A stretch of 64,000 bases of DNA from Octopus vulgaris. Lineage: Eukaryota. A model generated the notes under the pieces. The model made no database searches, was not told the origin of the DNA, and saw only the letters and a list, made by a program, of their open reading frames with translations. The translations under genes were made by a program, and so were the position numbers. This document shows positions 10,865 through 23,769 of this stretch, one piece after another (positions within the stretch are counted from its first letter, which is position 1; every line of letters begins with the position of its first letter). The stretch spans positions 76,260,001 through 76,324,000 of the forward strand of contig OX597826.1 of NCBI GenBank assembly GCA_951406725.2, written 5' to 3'.

Positions 10865-11158
10865 CAGCAGAACCAGATATTGATGGCAAGCATCGCAGTG
10901 CGAGGCTTTCGAAGTAAATCGAGAGCTGTATTAGTTTTTCTCGCCTTTGCTGCAGAATTCGTTTGGTTGTTTGCAATGAGCGCCTCTGCTTTACCATTTA
11001 ATTCGCTTCCTTCTTCTCTTCCAATGACGTCCTCACGGAGAATTCTTAACATTCCATCAACCCCTCTCTTATTCGATTTTGCAATTCGTTTAAAGACATT
11101 TTCCGCTTCTTCATAGCGTTTTTTACTCAAAAGCCAGCGAGGAGATTCTGGTAACCAT
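10865..11158 (-). CDS. SLC22-family transporter, exon 6 (WLPESPRWLL...INIWFCW)
   Basis: 294 nt, ctacag and gtaa. Contains the PESPRWL motif, the central loop and DLL. Confidence 0.95.
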
Positions 11159-11271
11159 CTGTAGAATTTCAAAAGGAAAAGTGAAAAAAAAAAAAAAAAA
11201 GAGTTGTTTTAGAATTCATAATTTTGATATTTTACAGAGAAAATTTAAATAGTGTAGCTGAAAATAATAAC

Positions 11272-11327
<56 letters not shown>

Positions 11328-11753
11328 GATGCTGCTTTCTCTAATAACAACACTCTTTTTCTTTTTTCACTTCCTATAGTAATTTGACTGCAGCCATGCT
11401 GGAGCACCGTCTTCAGTCGAATAAATCGACCCCCAACTCTTATTCTCTGCAAGCCTAGTACTTATTGATCTCTTTTGCCAAACCGCGAAGTTACGAGGAC
11501 GTAAACACACCAACATCGATGGTCAAGGCGGTGGCGGAGGGACAAACACAGACACACAAATTCATACATACATACATACATACATATATACAATGTACAT
11601 GTTAACACCTCCAGTAAGTTAAGATCAGAATCCATGAGAGCCACTGCCTTCTACTGCATCAGAGTATTTCTTCTTCTTCTTCTTCTTCTTATCCTCCTCC
11701 TCCTCCTCCTCCTCCTCCTTCTTCTTCTTCTCCTCCTTCTTCTTCTTCTTCTA

Positions 11754-11821
<68 letters not shown>

Positions 11822-12045
11822 GTGTATGCCATCAGAATGACACTGGGGAACAAACAGACGAAAAGTTCAGTCGATTATATCACCCCCACCCCCCAAGGAA
11901 TACTTCTTGAACTATCACCGGTGTTCCTGCGTTTAAAAAAACATTCTTTGCAGAGAACGGTTATCTTTTAGAAAAACTGAAGAGATGTCTAGTTTACGCT
12001 AGATATGAAACCAATGGTTTTTTTCTAAACTATTACGTTACACAT

Positions 12046-12133
<88 letters not shown>

Positions 12134-12379
12134 ACATATATAGAGATGCAGCACAAGATTTTGTCAGTGAACAGGTCGCGGTCTCAAAGCGACGAAAATA
12201 TTTTGGCAAATTAAATTTAAATGTTGAAGTGAATCTAAAGGTTTTTGTGTGTTTTTAAATGGCTTATAAACACCTTCCACGCTGCAACTGTTTTCGTTCC
12301 TGCACACGATCTCAGATCTAGTCACTTGCTATGCAAGTATATCTCCGTAAATAAATAAATAAATAAATGTATTTATTTA

Positions 12380-12779
12380 CAGGATTGGCTGTGTAGTAAG
12401 TAGCTTGCTTACCAACCACATTGTTCTGGGTTCAGTCCCACTGCGTGGCACCTTGGGCAAGTTGTCTTCTACTATAGCCTCGGGCCGACCAAAGCCTTGT
12501 GAGTGGATTTGGTAGACGGAAACTGAAAGAAGTCCGTCGTATATATATATGTATGTAGATGTATATTTTGTGTTTCTGTGTTTGTCCCCTCAACATCGCT
12601 TGACAACCGATGCTGGTGTGTTTCCGTACCCGTCACTTTGCGGTTCGGCAAGAGAGACCGATAGAATAAGTACCAGGCTTACAAAGAATAAGCCCTGGTG
12701 TCGATTTGCTCGACTAAAGGCGATGCTCCAGCATGGCCGCAGTGAAATGACTAAAACAAATGTAAGAATAAAAGAATAT
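12380..12779 (+). mobile_element. tRNA-derived SINE with CORE-like domain and internal microsatellite (family S2)
   Basis: tggctgtgtagtaag A-box-like, gggttcagtccc B-box-like, tggcaccttgggcaag core, tail gctccagcatggccgcag. Other copies at 11355-11570(-), 13628-13778(-), 31803-32210(-), 36290-36685(+), 40398-40775(-), 52494-52870(-), 55760-55925(+) and 63925-64000(+). Confidence 0.88.
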
Positions 12780-13572
12780 ATATATATATATATATATATA
12801 TAGTATTAATAATACTGTTATTAATTCTGTTACCCCAACCGCCCCTACGAAGTCCCTGCAATAAATCTACGGATAACAACAGGGAGTCGAAACTGTGCTG
12901 GTTCTTTACTCATCATCCACTTTTACATTTTGTACAATTTCTCCATTATATATATATAATGTGTGTGTGTTTGTATGTGTATGTGTATAAATGAAAAATG
13001 CATGAAATACTAAAAAATGTACACGTAGAACAGACACAGAAGGACACTAATTCTCCCACCCTTCCCTATTCTTCTCCTCTCCTCTTCACCATTCTCTCTC
13101 TCACTCTTCCTCCTTGACTCTCTCGTCACTGACACGTGACGAAAGGGAATCTATCTTTTTGTCCATTTCCTTCCCAATGACAATACGTGCTTCTACCTGT
13201 CTTCTCTCATAAGCTCGTCATCCTAGCGTTCAAAACAATTCTTCTATCATCTTGGCTTAACAGCCCTCACCGTTTGTTTTTACTGTCTTGTTCTCATTGT
13301 CCTGTTCTTGTTACCATTTTTACCCTCCGCCAAAAATTCCAAATTTTATTGAATTTGCTTTGCGGGAAGGACTGTTTCAACGAAGTCGTGTATTATCCTT
13401 ACCTTCGAAACGAGGAGTAGATGAAACAGAGACAACTGATGAAGGGGAATATTCTTTATGTTGCATGTCTCGTTTCTCATTGCGTTCAACGTTTTCTTGA
13501 TGTCCTGTGCCCATATATGCATGTACACACACATACACACACACACACACACACTCACTCACACACATACAC

Positions 13573-13627
<55 letters not shown>

Positions 13628-13934
13628 CGTTGGACTTCTTTCAGCTTCCGTCTACCAAATCCATTCACAAGGCTTTGGTCGGCCCGATGTTATAGTAGAA
13701 GACACTTGCAGTGGGACTGAACCCGGAACCATGTGATTGGGAAGCAAGCGTCTTACCACACAGCCACGTCTGCGCCTATCGTTTGAAATTTTGTTACAAG
13801 GCCAGTAATTTTAAGGGTAGGCTAAGTCTATTATACCGACCCCCAGTATTCAGCTGGTACTAATTTTATCGACCGTGAAAGGATGGAAAACAGAATCGAC
13901 GCCGGCGGAATTTGAGCTGCGGACGTATCCCCAA

Positions 13935-14210
13935 GTAATTACAGCCCGTCTCTTCTATCTGCTTCATAACCCCCCCCCGACGGTATCGTTAGCCCGTCTA
14001 TACATTTGAATTTGCCTCTCTTCAATACTAACACACCACACTTTCTCCCTCTGAAGGTATACACCGTATCAACGAGGGAACTGACTTGGTCTTCATCTTT
14101 ACCATAAAGTTTGAGGTCATCCATGAATAACAAATGGTTGACTTTTTACTGGCGGCGTTTGAATACACACCCAGCGCTTACTTTCCTCAGAATCAGTGTT
14201 AGTGGTATTT
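13935..14210 (-). mobile_element. R4/Dong-like (RLE) LINE, RT fragment
   Basis: PLTLILRK..., VNHLLFMDDLKLYGK, KCGVLVLKRGK. Confidence 0.8.
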
Positions 14211-14349
14211 ACTTTTAATCTGCATTCTTGTTACAATCACTTGCCGAGACACACCCCGTGTCCTGGGGTAGTGAAGGATAAGAGATGTTACAGTTTGACT
14301 GAAAGCTTGGGGAGGTGAAGTGGCGGAGGCAGTAGCGAAATATTTTCAC

Positions 14350-14570
14350 AGGCTTTTAAATGGAGAGGGTTTTTCTAAGGTTGTTGGAAGTACTTGTCGG
14401 CTCAATCTTTTGGATTTCGCTGAGACATGGCTCTTCTAGGATCTTATCTAGATGTTTCTGACATCCTTTTTTTTTTATCATACTTAGGGTACCTACAATA
14501 ACAGGAACAGTTCTCGCTTTAGGATGCCACATCTTTTGTATTTCAGTTTCCAGGTCCTTATATTTACACA
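14350..14570 (-). mobile_element. R4/Dong-like LINE, C-terminal restriction-like endonuclease fragment
   Basis: KYKDLETEIQKMW...TVPVIVGTL...IQK...LRKTL. Confidence 0.78.
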
Positions 14571-14669
14571 ACCCAGCAAAATAAGCTGAGAATTTTAATA
14601 AAGCAAAATAAAAATAATAATGGCTGTCACTTTATTAATTATAAATAACCACTAAGATGGTTTACTTAC

Positions 14670-14838
14670 TTCCATAGTAAAAAGAAAAGGAGATGAGGTA
14701 GACTAGTGGCATATTGCAGGTGTTGCCAGTCCCGAATTGCGTAGGAAATACCTGCTAGACACATTGTTCCGATAGGAAAGGTACAATGGAGGGTAAAATT
14801 GAGAGGCATTCGATGTTGCAGGCAAAGCATTTCGATCA
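14670..14838 (-). CDS. SLC22-family transporter, exon 5 (MIEMLCLQHR...IRDWQHLQ...LLWK)
   Basis: 169 nt, tttcag and gtaagt. Contains the RDW-x-x-LQ motif. Confidence 0.95.
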
Positions 14839-14863
14839 CTGAAAGCACGACAAAGAAGAATAA

Positions 14864-15259
14864 TGTATAATAATATAAAAGTGAAGTTGTGTGTCTGTCT
14901 CCTACGATTTAGATTCCTAACTACTTCCACATTTTGCTGTGCAGTTTAAACAAAACCGGGTATCTTATAGTCGTGATTCATATCGAGCCCTTCTGGGTAT
15001 TAGCGCGCGTCTACGACGAGTCTACGATTTAAAATAATATTTACCATCAATTTTTCCCATTTTTAATGCATTTTTGGCATATATAAGGGAAGTAACTCTC
15101 TAAAAATTTATTATTAAATCTCAGAACGTAAAAAGCTACAGTAACACCCCCCTCTTTGTGGTTAGCCATATTGAGATGGCTATTATACTTTACATCTCTA
15201 AAAATGCTCATATAGTTATTTCCCTTACAAACCCGAGCAACGCCGGGCGATACTGCTAG
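14864..15259 (+). mobile_element. Non-autonomous Helitron, family H1 copy 2
   Basis: Same body and cccgagcaacgccggg...CTAG|T end. The 5' TC reads TG. Confidence 0.85.
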
Positions 15260-15378
15260 TGTATAATAATATAAAATAATGAAAAAATAACTATAATATA
15301 TGTATACACGGTATAAAACACACACTCACACACGCACGCACGTACGCACACACGCACGCATACACATATCTATCGATT

Positions 15379-15483
15379 ATAAGGAGAATGAAGAATTTTA
15401 ACATCCAAGCTTTGTGCTTATTTACAGTTGATCTTGGCAAATAAACACAACGTTTGAATGTCCAAATTCTTCATTCTTCTTAT
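15379..15483. repeat. 105-bp imperfect palindrome (45-bp arms, 15-nt loop)
   Basis: 38 of 45 arm positions are complementary by manual count. Confidence 0.8.
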
Positions 15484-15647
15484 TGTTCTTTACAATCTAA
15501 GTAGCAAAGAAAGAAAGAAAAACTGAATTATCGGAAGAGAGTCAAAGGAAATTTACCATAAAAGGTAGCATCTGATGTAAACCTGCCTTGGCATTTTACA
15601 TCGAGTAATTCGGTATTTACCTGGGTGTTATATCCCTCCTCTTAACA

Positions 15648-17640
15648 TATACATACCTACATACATACATACATACATACATACATGCATGCATACATAC
15701 ATACATACATACATACATACATACATACATACATGCATGCATACATACATACATACATACATACCTACATACATACATACATGCATGCATACATACATAC
15801 ATACATACATACCTACATACATACATGCTTGCATACATACATACATACATGCATACATGCATACATACATACATACATACATACATACATGCATACATGC
15901 ATACATACATACATACATACATACATACATGCATACATACATGCATACATACATACATACATACATACATACATGCATGAATACATACATACATACATAC
16001 ATACATACATACATACACACATACATACATACATACATACATACCTACATACATACATACATACATACATACCTACATACATACATGCATGCATACATGC
16101 ATACATACATACATACATACTTACATGCATGAATACATACATACATGCATGCATGCATACATACATACATACATACATACGTGCATACATACATACATAC
16201 ATACATACATACCTACATACCTACATACATAAATACATACATACATGCATACATGCATACATACATACATACATACATACATACATAAATACATACATAC
16301 ATGCATACATACAAACATACATACATACATACATACATACATACATACATACATACATACATACATACATGCATACATACATGCATACATACATACATAC
16401 ATACATGCATACATACATGCATACATACATACATACATACATACATACATACATACATACATACATACATACATACATACATACCTACATACATACATAC
16501 ATACATACATGCATACATACATGCATACATACATACATGCATACATACATACATACATACATACATACATGCATACATACATACATACCTACATACATAC
16601 ATGCATACATACATGCATACATACATGCATACATACATACATGCATACATACATACATACATACATACATACATACATACATACATACATACATACATAC
16701 ATACATACATACATACATACCTACATACATACATGCATACATACATGCATACATACATACATACATGCATACATACATACATACATACATACATGCATAC
16801 ATACATACATACATACATAAATACATACATACATGCATACATACATACATGCATACATACATACATACCTACATACATACATACATGCATACATATATAC
16901 ATACATACATACATACATACATGCATACATACATACATACATACATACATACATACCTACATACATACATACATACATACATACATACATACATACATAC
17001 ATACATACATACATACATACATACATACATACATACCTACATACATACATACATACATGCATACATACATACATACATACATACATACATACATACATAC
17101 ATACATACATACCTACATACATACATACATGCATACATACATACATACATACCTACATACATACATGCATACATACATACCTACATACATACATACATGC
17201 ATACATACATACATACATACATACATACCTACATACATACATACATACATACATACATGCATGAATACATACATACATGCATGCATGCATGCATACATAC
17301 ATACATACATGCATACATACATACATACATGCATGCATGCATGCATACATACATACATACATACATACATACATACATGCATGCATGCATACATACATGC
17401 ATGCATGCATGCATGCATACATACATACATACATGCATGCATACATACATACATACATACATGCATACATGCATGCATGCATGCATACATACATACATAC
17501 ATACATACATACATGCATGCATACATACATACATACATACATACATACATACATACATGCATGCATGCATGCATACATACATACATACATACATACATAC
17601 ATACATACATACTTGCACAAACACATACATATATACATAC
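15648..17640. repeat. ~2-kb (CATA)n microsatellite with CATG/CCTA variants
   Basis: Directly visible. Source of the many YVCM/HTYI pseudo-ORFs. Confidence 0.98.
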
Positions 17641-18369
17641 ATGTACGCGCACACACACGTATTTATAATATTTGTATAACAATGACAGAAGTATAAGATA
17701 CGATGACATCGTTGCGACCATAATTTCACGGGTAAGAATTCCATTGACCGAATAAATGAATGCTCAATGTCGGTCGACATGGACGGGGGAAACTACTACT
17801 ACCCCTCTCACCCCTTCACCCCACCTCAGTCCCTTCAGCCCACACCGCCACCACATGATGTAGAAGGAGCATTAATAGGTTTTATAGATTTTTGTACAAA
17901 GGACATGGTAGGACAGTCAGTTTTGTAATATTCTGAAATATATTCATTTCAGCAATTAAAAGAACGAATTCTCAAATTAGCACCAAGTCAGAAATTAAAG
18001 GGGACCCGTGTAATGTATCATATAGGGTCACAGTATTTAACGGGCTACTTGACTTATTTTACCAGTACCCCAGTATTTAACTGGTACTTTATTTCACCGA
18101 ACAAAGTGTTTCACTGGTATTTATTTTGCTGATTTTAATAATTGACAGATAATTTGTTTTATCGACACTACAGGGATGGTCACGGTGGAATTGGAACTCG
18201 GAACATAAAGGAACCGAACTATACACCACAATATATTTCCTCTGATGCTCTATCGATTCTATCAACTTCACACCGCCTTCTTCAGTTATTTCTTACAAAC
18301 AAGTCAAATAAAGTCTTGTAAACGATTTGATCGTCTGCCTCCTGTTTCCAAGAGTGAACGTTTGAAATA

Positions 18370-19053
18370 TCTATAATAATAAATGGAAAGTTTGTGTGTT
18401 TGCGAGTTTGTTGCTTTAACTCCTCCGAGACTATCAAACAGACCTTGATGAAACATGACACCTGGGGGTGGTGGTGTCCATGCGGTCATTTACGCACTTG
18501 GAATTTTTTAAAAATCGATTTTTAATCAGCATCGATTTTTCAAATATCGTAAAATTTTGACAATTTTCGCACAATCCATCGTGACATCAATGTGACGAAA
18601 AATGCCGAATATTGACGAAAAATATTTCATGGCTATAAACAGACAGCTTATTAACGGTAATCTATTTAGCATTTGCTAAATTCTTCATTTCAATGCGAAT
18701 TGTTTTGATTTTCTAAAACTTATTATTTCAATTCGTTGTTTTAATTCCCCCAGTGTTTTAGGTTTTACTTAGCTAAGACCATTTTATTTCTCAAGGAAAA
18801 TTTGGGCATTTTGCGCACTAGCCGTTCTGACATCAATTTGACGAAATCTGCCCCAAAGCGTAAAATTTCGCCATTTTACGCACATGCACAAAAATGACGA
18901 CGATACGAGTTCGCTTCCAGACTCTGCTCATTTTTTTGTGAAATTGGTTCTACCCATTAATATAGAATTTAAGTTTTTGAAAAATGTTGAAATTTGGCGA
19001 AAAATATACAGACATCTTATTAACGGTAATTTTTTAACAGGTACCCCAGCTAG
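18370..19053 (+). mobile_element. Probable non-autonomous Helitron, second family
   Basis: A|TCtataataataaa 5' end and gCTAG|T 3' end. Internal repeated segment (aaaatat...cagac..cttattaacggtaat). Single copy in the window. Confidence 0.55.
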
Positions 19054-19086
19054 TAAATTATAAAGACGAAATACAAAAGAACTCAC

Positions 19087-19241
19087 TCAGTGAATAAGCG
19101 GATTGGAAACTTGCGGACATTCCTAACCCTTCAAAAAAGTACGCAATATTAAACAGTAGCAAAGACGGTGAGTTTACTTTGATGGTATTAGGGATCAAAA
19201 CCATAACACACCCAATGAAAAATAAACGACGTCGGCCGAAT
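19087..19241 (-). CDS. SLC22-family transporter, exon 4 (FGRRRLFFIGCVMV...SAYSL)
   Basis: 155 nt, tttcag and gtgagt. Completes MFS motif A (ADRFGRR). Phases 2 to 1 are consistent with its neighbours. Confidence 0.95.
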
Positions 19242-19916
19242 CTGAAATAAATTCATACAATTTATATTACATATTTTGACTGGAAATAGAGACAGGAAAT
19301 CTAAGTCAATTAAAAAACTGGACTTTGTTAATTAATTAATCAATCTTATATTTTATAACGCAATTGGTGGAAAGTAATCTTTTATAGGAATCCAACGGAC
19401 CAATCATTGGTTGACTGCTTTTGCGAGAGCAAAATATGTCTTGCAATAACTCCATGATGAGGACTTCGAAGATCATAGGGTTTTCACCGATGCTCCCTCC
19501 AATAAATATCGGCTAAAACACACACACACACACACAAAATAGTAATCTGTATATCATACTTAACGTGAATATAATGCATGAACATCATAACACTGCAGTA
19601 TTGGCGTTGAGGACGCATAGAGCTAAAAAAAACACTAGAGAACGATAAATAAGCAGCAAGTGCTAGATCACACAGGCACCCACACGACGGGCAATCGCAG
19701 AGTTTCAGTCCATTAAATTCTTTTCAGAAGGTATTGGTCAACCGGAAGGTATTGGTCAACCGGAAGTATTGGTCAACCGGAAGTGTTGTTTCCAAAGTTT
19801 CGCTCATTTAGATTCTATCTGGAAGGAATCCCATGAGTTTACAGAATTAAAATCTTAATCACACAACAACACACCCGTCCATTATAAAATAAATAAATAA
19901 GTGAGTAAATACTTAC

Positions 19917-20020
19917 CTGTCGGCAAGAATGCCAAATCCTAGGGAACCTACAAGGCAGCCAATAAATAGCGCAGAAAAGGCAGTGTTTTTCAACCAGCGT
20001 CTTTCACAGACTAAATCAAA
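19917..20020 (-). CDS. SLC22-family transporter, exon 3 (FDLVCERRWLKNTAFSALFIGCLVGSLGFGILADR)
   Basis: 104 nt, cag acceptor and gtaagt donor. Contains the DLVC motif and TM2. Not present in the ORF track. Confidence 0.95.
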
Positions 20021-20385
20021 CTGTACAATAGTTTCCAAAAAACAGACATTAAATAAATATGAATAATTATTGACATCGATCTATCAATATGTATTCGATG
20101 TTCATTTTGATGAAATTAGACACAAAAATGCGATTCTTAAATCTGATTTCTGTTGAGCATTGCATAACCGGACAAACTTTTTATTGCTTTGTCAAAATCT
20201 CGTGCAACACGCAGAAATGATTTTCATGTGATGTGTAAAAGTCCACAAATATATAATATTTGAACCATTTCTAAGTGGGAGTTTTGTATGACGCTTAGTA
20301 GTACAGTCAATCAATCAATCAATCAATTAATCAATCAATCAAAATCAATCAATCAATCAATATATCTATCTATCTATCCATCTAT

Positions 20386-20431
<46 letters not shown>

Positions 20432-20448
20432 GTCTATCTATCTATCTA

Positions 20449-20486
<38 letters not shown>

Positions 20487-20524
20487 ACCGTCTGTCTTTC
20501 TGTCTACCTACCTATCTCCCCATC

Positions 20525-20831
20525 TATCTGGACTCACGTGGACCGGTTTCTGCACTGGCAAAATAAGCCTTAGCTTCTTCAGCACGCGTTACCATGATTA
20601 GAGATTCCCAACCCATCGTTTTGAAGTCTTTGCTGCAAGTGATTCGTTCCGCGCCGAAATTGTATCGAGATTATTTTACACTGGTGGCTGCTGTGAATTC
20701 GACGCGAAACGAATCAGTTGCAGCAAAGATTTCAAAACGATGGGTTGCGAATCTCTAATCATGGTAACGCGTGCTGAAGAATCTAAGGCTTAATTTGCCA
20801 GTGCAGAAACCGGTCCACGTGAGTCCGGATA
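20525..20831. mobile_element. Foldback MITE: 136-bp inverted arms, 35-nt spacer, TA at both ends
   Basis: 20525-20660 is the near-perfect reverse complement of 20696-20831. Confidence 0.85.
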
Positions 20832-20995
20832 CTTAAATGTATGTTAGTAGATTGTCTTGACCTGATTTTGCCTTTGTTTGATTTCTGTAGTTTTCATCAG
20901 TGTATTTTTGGCGATTTAATAAGAGTTTTGACTGTTATTTCAAGCAGGTAGACATACTTATTATGTTCTTTGACGAATTTTAATATATATGTATG

Positions 20996-21084
<89 letters not shown>

Positions 21085-21646
21085 GGCGAAGGATACACAC
21101 AATTATGCACACGACTGTACACATATATAAATACAATATGTTGCGTTTTCGAAACCGAATCGCTAGGTGGCGGAGTCAACATCACGACAGTGCCACACCG
21201 GCTTCACCTAATCGGCTGATTAAGCACCCAATAAACAGCAGCCATCGCGTGAAAACCACCTGCCTATTCTCAAGGCCAGTGAGAAGCCAGGTGTATAAGT
21301 TTCTGATACTTCGACATAATGTTTTCATTAATCACTGCGAAAGTCTTTACATGGTCATTTGGTTTGCTAGAAATAACGACCAATCTCCTCCAAGTCAAAT
21401 CCTATCTTTTTATAAGAGAAAAGTTTAAGTGAAAGAATATAATGTAATCCAATAATCACTATGGCTGAGAAAATTAAAAAAAAAAAAACAGATTGCCTGG
21501 TCGGATGATCATAGCTAGAATGTTTCCGGTCGTCACCCGACCGTGTCTAAACTAAGCTGGGACAAAATGGTGTGAAGTGAATTTGCTTCAATCAAACTTT
21601 ACGTAACCTGCCAAAGCGAGAAAACTGGTTCTAAAAATGATCTTAC

Positions 21647-22020
21647 CTCTGAAACAATGCTTGACATGTCTCTCGTATCGAAACGTCGTCTCTCACAGTT
21701 CCGTGGCTTCGTGGAATTTATCGATGACAAGTCATAGGAACTGTCATTCAGTTGTAAATCAATAACAGAACATTCGTCGATTTTGTAATTTAACACCTCC
21801 AGGAATTCTTCGGAGGTGATATTTTCAGGGATCAAAGAACTATTGAGTTCAGGTGGAAAGCAAATGAAAGGAATTTGTACTCCAATGTAAACCATGGACA
21901 TATATAACATGGCATTAATCATAACAAAAAATAGCATCACGAGAGTCAGGAACAGCTGGAAGTAGCCATATCCACCGCATTCCTCAAAGACGTCTTCAAT
22001 ATCTAAGTTCTTGGACGAAG
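21647..22020 (-). CDS. SLC22-family transporter, exon 2 (TM1 and large extracellular loop)
   Basis: tttcag acceptor and gtaaga donor, 374 nt. Encodes EDVFEECGGYGYFQ..., loop cysteines, N-glycosylation sequons, and ends in SSIVSE (SLC22 STIVTE motif). Confidence 0.93.
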
Positions 22021-22153
22021 CTGAAATATGAAATAGGCAACATATATACATATATGCTTACATAGACATTTACATTCATACATAGATACAATATATATAT
22101 GCACTTATACAAATATATATATAATATACATACATACATATACATACATACAT

Positions 22154-22221
<68 letters not shown>

Positions 22222-22237
22222 GTATATATATATAATA

Positions 22238-22892
22238 TTGTTTCATCCCATTAATAATGCAGTTTTTTCAATTGCATGGACTAAAAGTCGGAGGGAGACA
22301 GGATAAAATACCTGCATCAACGTCCTATAAAAGCAGGTAGTAATTTTACCTTGTCCTTATTCTTAGTGCAATTTTGAAGAGTGCAGTTCGGTCTTAGCAG
22401 TAATTTTTTGAAAGCTATAATGGAAGTGACAAAGGAGCATATTTGGCACATTTTGCTTTATGCGTTCAATAAAGGCAACAACGGAACGGTAAATGCGAAG
22501 AATATTAATGCAGTATATGGGGATCGGACAATAAGCGTAAGCCAGTGTCAACGGTGGTTCCAGAAATTCCGAGCTGAAAACTACAGCTTAGTGGACTAGC
22601 CTCGTCCTGGAAAACTTGTGTAGCTCGATGAAGGCGTCCTGCAAACTCTGGTAGAACAAAATCCTCCAGCACCTCAGGCTAAAGAAGGTCTTCACCCACG
22701 TAAGGTGTTGTTATCTGTTTGGTGGGATGTGGGAGGTTTAGACCACTTTGAACATTTAAACCCAAACCAAACGATAACAGAGGAGATCCGCTGTGAGCTG
22801 CTTGAGCGGTTTAAGTCAACTCTAGAAGAAAAATGACCATCTTTGGTTTCAAGACGAAAGGTGTTCTTCCATCAGGATAATGCTCAGTCACA
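22238..22892 (+). mobile_element. Truncated, internally deleted mariner
   Basis: MEVTKEHIWHILLYAFNKG...CQRWFQKFR HTH, KEGLHPRKVLLSVWWD and FFHQDNA. Contains in-frame stops; the 3' end is missing. Confidence 0.85.
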
Positions 22893-22906
22893 AATAGTTC
22901 CGTGCG

Positions 22907-22937
<31 letters not shown>

Positions 22938-23733
22938 GATTGTGTGTGTGCGAGTGAGAGAGAGATAGAGAAAGCGAAAGAGAGAGGAAAGAGAGAGGTA
23001 TAATTCTATTTTTGTACGCCATTACGTATTTTGATTCACACCTTTCTGAAAAATATAGTTTTTGCAGAGACGAACTTTTCGCTTGAGTAGATTGCGTTTT
23101 ATGTTGATAGAATTTAGGATAAAATTTACGAGAGGAACTTTCAACAATTCTGTCTCCCATTCCGGACCTTGCTACCACCGGTTTCGGTAATATTAAACAT
23201 TTTTCGTTATTGTTTTTTCAGATTTATGTGTTTAAAACATGAACATTATTTAATCCACATTCTCGAAAGAGTATTTCTGCAAAAAATGCCATTTAAGAAT
23301 TGTATATAATTAAGAATTGGAAAAAAAAAAAAAAGAAAATCAGGACTTGGAGAATGGACCAAAACTGTTCCAAGGTAATAGACAAAACAAAACAAAACAA
23401 AAAGTTAGTGTCATCAACTTAATCGCAAATATACACCCAAGAAAATATATCTATGCAAAATGTCAGCAAAATAATAAGTATATTTAGGAAAGTTGTGAAG
23501 AAACAAATTCGGTGAGACATCAAACTATAGATATGCCATGTATATATCTACACACACGCGCATGCGTGCGCGTGAGCCGATTCCTAGGAATGTATAAGGT
23601 AATGCACAGGAACTTAAATCTGAGTACACAGCTTCTTAAAGCAGAAACAGCTGTAAGCTAATGTGAGGTGATTACGTGACTCTTGTTCTCTTATCATATA
23701 TTTAATTACGCATACTCTCGGGCAAACACATAT

Positions 23734-23769
<36 letters not shown>

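Noticed and set aside
15685-17679. 664-aa HTYI-repeat ORF and all similar [12 protein letters not shown] ORFs
   Set aside because: Translations of (CATA)n, (TA)n and (CA)n microsatellites, which lack stop codons.
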